A stretch of 13,513 nt of DNA. Origin: Bdellovibrionales bacterium (lineage in GTDB: Bacteria; Bdellovibrionota; Bdellovibrionia; Bdellovibrionales; UBA1609). The notes beneath the pieces were generated by a model. It saw nothing but the letters and a program-made list of their open reading frames with translations. It was not told the DNA's origin and searched no databases. The translations under genes were made by a program, and so were the position numbers. The first letter of the stretch is position 1. Each line of letters starts with the position of its first letter. This document shows, in pieces, positions 7,005 to 13,513 of the stretch. The stretch lies in contig JBFWVI010000068.1 in the NCBI GenBank assembly GCA_050246815.1, positions 1 to 13,513 of the forward strand. The letters are read 5' to 3'.

Positions 7005-7034
7005 GGCGGGCTGAAAAGTCCGCTGCTTATTTTT
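7005..7034 (+). terminator. Probable intrinsic terminator of the diheme/metallophosphoesterase/cytochrome operon
   Basis: GGCGGGCT-GAAA-AGTCCGCT stem (GNRA loop, two G:U pairs) followed by GCTTATTTTT. Confidence 0.55.
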
Positions 7035-7183
7035 ATAGCCGTCCCGTGAACCTGGACCTTGGCCAAGATCAGAGCCCGCTTCTGGTCATGCTTCGTTTTA
7101 GAACAATTTGGACTAACCCAAACTCCAGTTCAGCCGACATATAAGAAGGGCCCCATGCACGGGGCCAGGGGCTTGGGGGGAAC

Positions 7184-8434
7184 ATGGTTGTTCCAAAGAA
7201 TTTCGTCTTAAAATTAACCGCTTGCGCATTTTTGTTACTGAGTGCGGTCGGTTGCGCCAAAACCAAAACGTCTGAAACTGTTTTCCCAAAAGTAACCACC
7301 GAATGTGACGATCAATCGCTAAAAGGCCGCTATGTGGTTCGCTGGGTGGATGGCCACGTCACACTTTATAAAGGCCAAGACCGCGAGCAGGTTTTGCGCG
7401 ATTTAGTCGATCAAAACTTACAGCACTTGGATCTAGTCGAGCCTGACTACCGCGTGACATTGCCAAAGGCAGCGGGCGATTTGCCGACCGCGGTGACCAC
7501 CGCGCCTGACAACTGGGGCCCCGCGCGAGTCAACGCCGATCAAGCCTGGCAGCAAGGCTATCGCGGCGACGGGATCACCGTGGCCGTGATCGATAGTGGC
7601 GTCGACATCAGCCACGATCAATTGCGTAGTCAAGTGGCTCGCAACACCGGTGAAATCGCCAACAATCGAATCGACGACGACGGCAACGGCTACGTGGACG
7701 ACGTGAATGGTTTTGATTTTACCATTGATCAACCCACCATTCGCGACAACGGCGAACACGGCACCCACGTCAGCGGCATCATCGCCGCCCAACACGACGA
7801 CAACGTGGCCGGCGCCCAAGATCACGTGCAGGGCATTGCGCCAGAAGCTAAAATTTTACCCTTGGCCTTTATCGACAGTAGCGGCAGCGGCTCACTGTTT
7901 AATGCCATGCGCGCCATCGACTACGCCGCCGAACGTGGCGCCCAAGTCATCAACGCCAGCTGGGGTGGAGCCTCTTGCTCTTCCATCATGCGTGATCAAA
8001 TTGGTGGGCTTTACGCCAAGAAAGTGATTTTTGTTGCGGCCGCCGGCAACAGCGGTTTGAACATCGATCAATTCCCCGAATACCCCGCCGCCTTCAACCT
8101 GCTCTCGCAACTGACCATCGGTGCCACCGGCGGCTTCGAAGCCCGAGCACAATTTTCAAATTACGGCGATCAGGGTGTGCATCTTTTTGCTCCTGGAGTG
8201 GACATTGTCAGCACCCTGCCCGACCAAAGCGTCGGGCCCATGAGCGGAACGTCCATGGCCACACCGATGGTAGCCGGTGCGATTGCAGTTTTATTAAGTG
8301 CCCGCCCCCTTGCCGGCGTCGACCAGTTGCGCCAAGCTTTGTATCAATCCGCCCGAATCGACCGCACCTACCGCAATGCCTCTAGGGGCCGCATGGATCT
8401 AGGGGCAGCAGTGGCCCGCCTGCTTCTTCAATAG
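7184..8434 (+). CDS. Subtilisin-family (S8) serine protease, probable lipoprotein
   Basis: Catalytic triad motifs VAVIDSG, HGTHVSG and GTSMATP. Oxyanion AAAGN. Ca-loop DDDGNGYVDD. Lipobox-like LSAVG-C after a hydrophobic stretch, then a short propeptide. Confidence 0.93.
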   Translation: MVVPKNFVLKLTACAFLLLSAVGCAKTKTSETVFPKVTTECDDQSLKGRYVVRWVDGHVTLYKGQDREQVLRDLVDQNLQHLDLVEPDYRVTLPKAAGDLPTAVTTAPDNWGPARVNADQAWQQGYRGDGITVAVIDSGVDISHDQLRSQVARNTGEIANNRIDDDGNGYVDDVNGFDFTIDQPTIRDNGEHGTHVSGIIAAQHDDNVAGAQDHVQGIAPEAKILPLAFIDSSGSGSLFNAMRAIDYAAERGAQVINASWGGASCSSIMRDQIGGLYAKKVIFVAAAGNSGLNIDQFPEYPAAFNLLSQLTIGATGGFEARAQFSNYGDQGVHLFAPGVDIVSTLPDQSVGPMSGTSMATPMVAGAIAVLLSARPLAGVDQLRQALYQSARIDRTYRNASRGRMDLGAAVARLLLQ

Positions 8435-8503
8435 CGCGCCGCAGAATATTGGCCCCAATTCCGCTGCAAATTCAGCTCCTCGCGTGCTAAAAATTCGGAC
8501 GAT

Positions 8504-9796
8504 ATGAAAAAAGTCTGGATTCGCGATTTAAAGGACAAGGTTGGGCAAACCGTTGAGCTGCAAGGCTGGGTCTACAACACCCGCTCTTCGGGAAAAATTA
8601 AGTTTCTGTTATTGCGTGATGGCACAGGCACCTGCCAATGCGTTTACTTCCGTGGTGAGTGCGAAGAGAAGGCTTTTGAAATCTTCGAACAGGCTACTCA
8701 GGAAAGCCTGGTGACGGTCACCGGTGTGGTTCGCGCTGAACCGCGCAGCCCCGGTGGATACGAAATCTCGGCCCGCGCGCTTGAAGTCGTCCACCAAGCC
8801 AAAGATTATCCCATTACTCCCAAAGAGCATGGCACTGATTTTTTAATGAACAATCGCCATCTTTGGCTTCGTTCAAAGCGACAGACGGCGATCCTGGGCG
8901 TTCGCCACGAAATCATCAATGCGATTCGCGATTTCTTTGACGGCCGCGGCTTTACTTTGGTCGACGCGCCGATCTTTACGCCCAGCGCTTGCGAGGGCAC
9001 ATCGACTTTGTTTGAAACCAAGTACTTCGACACCAAGGCCTACTTGTCACAAAGTGGTCAGTTGTACATGGAGGCCGCCGCCGCCGCTTTAGGCAAAGTA
9101 TATTGCTTTGGCCCTACTTTCCGCGCAGAAAAATCCAAAACCCGTCGCCACTTGATCGAGTTTTGGATGGTAGAGCCGGAGGTGGCCTTTAATGACCTTT
9201 ACGACAACATGGAATTGGCTGAACAATTCGTTGAATACATTGTCCAGCGCGTGCTCACCAACCGCCCCGACGAGATGAAGGCCCTTGAGCGCAACGTCGA
9301 CGCTTTGAAAAACGTCAAAGCGCCCTTTCCGCGGCTTCATTATAACGAAGCCGCGCAAATGATTTTAAAAGAGAACCCCGAATTCAAAGTGGGTGACGAT
9401 TTCGGCGGTACTGATGAAACGATTGTCAGTTCAAAATTCGACAAACCCTTGTTTGTGCACCACTACCCGGCGGCGGTGAAAGCTTTCTATATGAAAGAAG
9501 ATCCCAAAGAGCCGGGCGCCAGCATGAGTTGTGACTTGCTGGCCACCGAAGGCTACGGCGAAATCATCGGCGGCGGCCAACGCGAAGACAGCCTGGATAT
9601 TTTGCTCGAGAAAATCAAAGAACATAAATTACCTCAAGCCGACTTTGAGTGGTTTTTGGATTTGCGCCGCTATGGCACATTCCCCCACGCCGGTTTTGGC
9701 TTAGGCGTCGAACGCACGGTCAGCTGGATCTGCGGCTTGCCCCACGTTCGCGAAACTATTCCCTTCCCGCGACTTTATGGCCGAAGTTACCCGTGA
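8504..9796 (+). CDS. asnS: Asparagine--tRNA ligase
   Basis: N-terminal OB fold (GWV..R.SGKI.FL.LRDGTG), [61 protein letters not shown]. Confidence 0.96.
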   Translation: MKKVWIRDLKDKVGQTVELQGWVYNTRSSGKIKFLLLRDGTGTCQCVYFRGECEEKAFEIFEQATQESLVTVTGVVRAEPRSPGGYEISARALEVVHQAKDYPITPKEHGTDFLMNNRHLWLRSKRQTAILGVRHEIINAIRDFFDGRGFTLVDAPIFTPSACEGTSTLFETKYFDTKAYLSQSGQLYMEAAAAALGKVYCFGPTFRAEKSKTRRHLIEFWMVEPEVAFNDLYDNMELAEQFVEYIVQRVLTNRPDEMKALERNVDALKNVKAPFPRLHYNEAAQMILKENPEFKVGDDFGGTDETIVSSKFDKPLFVHHYPAAVKAFYMKEDPKEPGASMSCDLLATEGYGEIIGGGQREDSLDILLEKIKEHKLPQADFEWFLDLRRYGTFPHAGFGLGVERTVSWICGLPHVRETIPFPRLYGRSYP

Positions 9797-9803
9797 GGTT
9801 TTC

Positions 9804-11375
9804 ATGCTAGAGAAAAACACCCCCCTGACCACGCAAACCAAATTGCAGAATCTGGAGCATCGTAACGACGCGGCCATGGTGGGCGGTGGCCCCGAGCGCG
9901 TTGCCAAACATAAAAAGGGCGGACGCCTGACCGCGCGTGAGCGGCTGGATGTCTTGTTGGATCCGGGTAGTTTTGTCGAAGTGGATCGTTTTGTTACACA
10001 CCGCTGCGAAAATTTTGGCATGAGCGAGGAGCGAATTCCTGGCGACGGCGTGATCACTGGCTATGGCCGCGTGAATGGAAAACTGGTTTATGTTTACAGC
10101 CAAGACTTCACTGTTTTTGGCGGCTCGATGTCGCGCACACAGGCCAATAAAATTTGTAAAATCATGGAAATGGCCCTTAAAAACGGCGCCCCCATGATCG
10201 GCTTAAATGACTCCGGCGGCGCGCGCATTCAAGAGGGTGTAGAGGCTTTGGGCGGATACGCCGACATTTTTCTGCGCAACGTGACGTCTTCAGGAGTGAT
10301 TCCGCAAATCAGTGCGATCATGGGCCCCTGCGCGGGCGGTGCGGTTTACAGCCCCTCCCTCACCGATTTTATTTTCATGGTGAAAAACACCAGCTACATG
10401 TTTGTGACCGGCCCTGACGTGATCAAGGCCGTCACCCACGAAGAGGTCACCAAAGAAGAGCTTGGTGGAGCGCTGACCCACAATCAAAAATCGGGAGTGG
10501 CCCACTTTGCCGCTGACGATGACAAGCACTGCCTGCTGCTTATTCGCGAGCTCTTGAACTTTCTGCCCGGCAATAACCTGGACGATGTCCCCGTTTTGCC
10601 CAGCAAAGACCGCCCTGACCGCATCGAAGAATCGCTAAACACGTTTATTCCAGACAGCTCAAAAAAGCCTTATGACATGAAGCAATTGATCACGAAAGTG
10701 GTCGACGATGGCTACTTTTTAGAAATCCAACAGCATTACGCACAAAACATCATCATCGGTTTTGCTCGATTGAATGGCCGCAGTGTGGGTATCGTGGCGA
10801 ACCAGCCACAAATTTTGGCGGGTTGCTTGAATATTCCGGCTTCGATCAAAGCCGCTCGTTTTGTGCGCTTTTGTGACGCCTTCAATATTCCTGTGGTCAC
10901 GCTTGTCGACGTCCCCGGTTTCTTGCCCGGCACCGATCAAGAGTGGAGCGGCATCATCACTCACGGAGCAAAGCTTCTTTATGCATACGCCGAAGCCACC
11001 GTGCCCAAAGTGACTTTGATCACGCGCAAAGCCTACGGCGGAGCCTATGACGTGATGTCGTCAAAACACCTGCGCGGCGATATCAACCTGGCCTACCCCA
11101 CAGCCGAAATCGCCGTCATGGGCGCGGATGGTGCGGTGAACATTATCTTCCGAGAAGAAATCAAAGGCGCCAAAGACCAAGCGGGCGAAAAAAATCGACT
11201 AGTGAAAGATTACGAAACCAAATTCGCCAATCCCTATGTGGCGGCAGAAGTGGGTTATATCGACGAAGTCATTGAACCCGCGATGACCCGCAAACGCCTA
11301 ATCGATAGCCTTGAAATGCTGAAAAACAAGCGCGACACGAATCCTCCAAAAAAACACGGGAACATTCCTCTTTAA
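9804..11375 (+). CDS. pccB: Acyl-CoA (propionyl-CoA) carboxylase beta / carboxyltransferase subunit
   Basis: [54 protein letters not shown]-terminal [11 protein letters not shown] 9804 follows GAGG (9795-9798), which overlaps the asnS stop. Confidence 0.93.
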   Translation: MLEKNTPLTTQTKLQNLEHRNDAAMVGGGPERVAKHKKGGRLTARERLDVLLDPGSFVEVDRFVTHRCENFGMSEERIPGDGVITGYGRVNGKLVYVYSQDFTVFGGSMSRTQANKICKIMEMALKNGAPMIGLNDSGGARIQEGVEALGGYADIFLRNVTSSGVIPQISAIMGPCAGGAVYSPSLTDFIFMVKNTSYMFVTGPDVIKAVTHEEVTKEELGGALTHNQKSGVAHFAADDDKHCLLLIRELLNFLPGNNLDDVPVLPSKDRPDRIEESLNTFIPDSSKKPYDMKQLITKVVDDGYFLEIQQHYAQNIIIGFARLNGRSVGIVANQPQILAGCLNIPASIKAARFVRFCDAFNIPVVTLVDVPGFLPGTDQEWSGIITHGAKLLYAYAEATVPKVTLITRKAYGGAYDVMSSKHLRGDINLAYPTAEIAVMGADGAVNIIFREEIKGAKDQAGEKNRLVKDYETKFANPYVAAEVGYIDEVIEPAMTRKRLIDSLEMLKNKRDTNPPKKHGNIPL

Positions 11376-11385
11376 AGGCGGCCAT

Positions 11386-12885
11386 ATGTTTCGAAAAATT
11401 CTGATCGCCAATCGTGGAGAAATCGCCGTGCGGGTCATTCGCACTTGTCGCGAGCTGGGCATCTTAAGCGTGGCCGTGTATAGCGATGCCGACCGCAACG
11501 GCATGCACGTTATGTTGGCTGATGAAGCTTATCACATTGGCCCGGCCCCCAGTATCGAGTCCTATTTGAACGTCGAAAAGATTCTGGATGCCGCGCGCCG
11601 CTCAGGCGCTGAAGCCATCCATCCCGGATATGGTTTTTTAAGCGAATCGCCGGCCTTTGCCAAAGCTGTGAAAGATGCCGGCCTCACCTTTATCGGTCCC
11701 ACGGTCGAAAATATCTTGGCCATGGGCGATAAGCTTGCTTCGCGCGAATTAATGAAAAAAGCCGGGGTGCCGACGGTGCCTGGCAGCAAAGATGCGGTTA
11801 AAGATTTGGCTGAAGCTGAAAAAGTCGCGGCCGAAATCGGCTTTCCGGTCATTTTAAAGGCTTCCGCCGGAGGCGGCGGTAAAGGCATCCGAGTCGTCCA
11901 CGAGAAAAAAGAATTGGAAAGCGCGCTGCGCGCCTGCCAAAGCGAAGGTCGCAACTATTTTAAAGACGACCGGGTCTTCATTGAACGCTTTATTCAAAAC
12001 CCCAAACACATCGAAGTTCAGCTGTTTGGCGACACCCATGGCAATGTGGTCCACCTTTACGAGCGCGAATGTTCGATGCAACGTCGCCACCAAAAACTGG
12101 TCGAAGAATCGCCCAGCATTTCGGTACCGCAAGACGTGCGTGAAAAAATGGGGCAAGTGGCAGTGGCGGCCGGCAAGGCCATTCGTTACGTTGGTGCCGG
12201 CACCATCGAATTCATTTTTGACAACCGCACCAAAGAATTTTTCTTTATGGAGATGAACACCCGCCTACAGGTGGAGCATCCCGTAACGGAACTGGTCGTG
12301 GGCTACGATCTGGTCAAAGAGCAAATCATGGTGGCCGCCGGTGAGCCCCTGTCATTCAAACAAAGTGACGTCAAGCAAAGCGGTCACTCCATTGAACTTC
12401 GAATCTGTGCTGAGGACCCGGTGACCTTTGCGCCCAATCCTGGCACCATCCGTCGCTACCGCACCCCACAGGGGCCGTTTGTCCGCTTGGACAACTGTGC
12501 ATACCCGGGCTATGAAGTGCCGATTTATTATGACCCCATGATCGCCAAACTGATCACCTGGGGGAAAACCCGTGAAGACTGTATTCGCCGTTTACAGCGC
12601 GCTTTGGGTGAATACATGTGTACGGGTATTAAAACCAATATCGTCTTCCACAAAAATATTCTGGTGCACCCGACCTTTTTGGATGGGACTTACACGACCC
12701 AATTTATTGATCAGCAGTTGACCGGAAAAAAACAGCGCGAACTGTTCATGTTCGTGGACGATCATGTTTTTTTGATCGCCGCAGCCATTACCGCCTACAA
12801 CGACAGCAAGTCGCGCGATGTCTCGGAACACAACCTGGCCAGCCAGTGGCGCAAATTCGGCCGGCAAAAGCAGTTGAGGACTTAA
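11386..12885 (+). CDS. accC: Biotin carboxylase subunit of the acyl-CoA carboxylase
   Basis: KILIANRGEIA, IHPGYGFLSE, KASAGGGGKG, ERECSMQRRHQKLVEE, EMNTRLQVEHPVTE, YYDPMIAKLI. No biotinyl domain in this ORF. Confidence 0.94.
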   Translation: MFRKILIANRGEIAVRVIRTCRELGILSVAVYSDADRNGMHVMLADEAYHIGPAPSIESYLNVEKILDAARRSGAEAIHPGYGFLSESPAFAKAVKDAGLTFIGPTVENILAMGDKLASRELMKKAGVPTVPGSKDAVKDLAEAEKVAAEIGFPVILKASAGGGGKGIRVVHEKKELESALRACQSEGRNYFKDDRVFIERFIQNPKHIEVQLFGDTHGNVVHLYERECSMQRRHQKLVEESPSISVPQDVREKMGQVAVAAGKAIRYVGAGTIEFIFDNRTKEFFFMEMNTRLQVEHPVTELVVGYDLVKEQIMVAAGEPLSFKQSDVKQSGHSIELRICAEDPVTFAPNPGTIRRYRTPQGPFVRLDNCAYPGYEVPIYYDPMIAKLITWGKTREDCIRRLQRALGEYMCTGIKTNIVFHKNILVHPTFLDGTYTTQFIDQQLTGKKQRELFMFVDDHVFLIAAAITAYNDSKSRDVSEHNLASQWRKFGRQKQLRT

Positions 12886-12888
12886 ACG

Positions 12889-13422
12889 ATGTACTTCGAA
12901 GCAGAATCCAACGGAAAAAAATACCAGCTTAATGTTTCAGAGACCCGAACCGTCTGGAAGATCGACCTGAAAGAAGATTCTGCGGACTGGGTCCACTACG
13001 ATATCCCCAAATCTGATTATCAGTACATTGACCAAACGCTCTCTTTTATTTTCAAGAACAGCTCGTATTTGGTGGATGTCACCGGCCGCGGTACTGACTA
13101 CACAGTCTACACGCGAGGTGCGCACAGCACAGTCAGGATCTACAACGAAGAAAAAATTCTGCACGAAAGCCTCAAAGGCGGGGGCAGTCTGGGCCAAAGC
13201 AACAGCTTGAATTCAGGCATGCCCGGCAAAATCGTCAAAGTCTTTGTAAAAGCAGGCGACATGGTCAAAGAGGGCGATCCCCTGCTGATCATGGAAGCTA
13301 TGAAAATGGAAAATGAAATGCGCGCAACTGGTGAAACCAAAATAAAAGAAGTTTTGGTTAAACCAGGCGACAATGTTGAATCCGGCGTTGTTTTGATCAG
13401 CTTTGAAAAAGCTCAGGCTTAG
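12889..13422 (+). CDS. Biotin carboxyl carrier protein with N-terminal beta-rich (BT-like) domain
   Basis: MPGKIVKV.VK.GD.V..GD.L.IMEAMKMENE biotinylation motif in the C-terminal part. The N-terminal ~90 aa has an alternating beta-strand pattern. Confidence 0.92.
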   Translation: MYFEAESNGKKYQLNVSETRTVWKIDLKEDSADWVHYDIPKSDYQYIDQTLSFIFKNSSYLVDVTGRGTDYTVYTRGAHSTVRIYNEEKILHESLKGGGSLGQSNSLNSGMPGKIVKVFVKAGDMVKEGDPLLIMEAMKMENEMRATGETKIKEVLVKPGDNVESGVVLISFEKAQA

Positions 13423-13430
13423 GAAGTTCG

Positions 13431-13513
13431 ATGGCCAACGAAAAGCGGCCTTCCACGCGAAAGCCCGAATTCCGTAATTCCAGTCAGATTCGCCTGAAGG
13501 ATGTCTACACGCC
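13431..13513 (+). CDS. N-terminal fragment of a probable methylmalonyl-CoA mutase-family subunit (runs off the window; absent from the ORF track)
   Basis: AGGA at 13421-13424, then ATG 13431. Translates as MANEKRPSTRKPEFRNSSQIRLKDVYT(P). RK.EF...S.I..K.VYTP resembles mutase N-termini, and it directly follows the carboxylase genes. Confidence 0.65.
   Translation, partial: MANEKRPSTRKPEFRNSSQIRLKDVYT

Noticed and set aside
3242..7034. Middle module as a mobile or recently acquired island
   Set aside because: No integrase, transposase, tRNA or flanking direct repeats are visible, and codon style looks like the flanks by eye. It cannot be supported without comparative genomes.
7058..7088. CTTGGCCAAG palindrome and GATCAGA...TCTGGTC hairpin as a possible ncRNA or riboswitch
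   Set aside because: These are short and match no riboswitch consensus I recognise, so they are compatible with chance.
7096..7113. TTTTAGAA half-site resembling the ICE/operator upstream of the subtilase
   Set aside because: The right half (TTTGGAC) matches only 3 of 7 positions and there is no palindrome.
7660..7720. GAC-rich low-complexity stretch in the subtilase
   Set aside because: It encodes the common DDDGNGYVDD calcium-binding insertion of S8 proteases and is not a DNA repeat.
1..13513. CRISPR arrays, tRNA/rRNA genes, recoding (Sec/Pyl, programmed frameshifts) or pseudogenes
   Set aside because: No spaced repeats were seen, intergenic gaps are short with no RNA-gene signatures, and all complete CDSs look full-length with intact motifs.

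Overview
This is a gene-dense bacterial window of roughly 50% GC by eye. Gene content suggests a Bdellovibrionota- or deltaproteobacterium-like organism (inference only). Left: a nucleoside-salvage operon with a 5'-truncated pyrimidine-nucleoside phosphorylase, a 6-oxopurine nucleoside phosphorylase and an adenosine-derivative deaminase-like amidohydrolase, followed by a secreted DUF442/Blh-type CxxGxR protein. Middle, the most interesting part: a Cys-free Irr/PerR-like Fur-family regulator faces away from a three-gene exported module. The module is a MauG-like diheme enzyme (Tyr at the second-heme ligand position), a Tat-exported metallophosphoesterase with an atypical GEHD motif, and a stand-alone monoheme cytochrome resembling the His/Cys catalytic domain of TsdA/SoxA. 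A perfect 9-1-9 palindrome resembling the Irr ICE box covers the candidate -35 elements of both divergent promoters. Right: a lipoprotein subtilase, asnS, a three-gene propionyl/acyl-CoA carboxylase, and the first 83 nt of a probable methylmalonyl-CoA mutase. I saw no rRNA, tRNA, CRISPR array or transposase. All family assignments come from motif recognition by eye, with no database searches.
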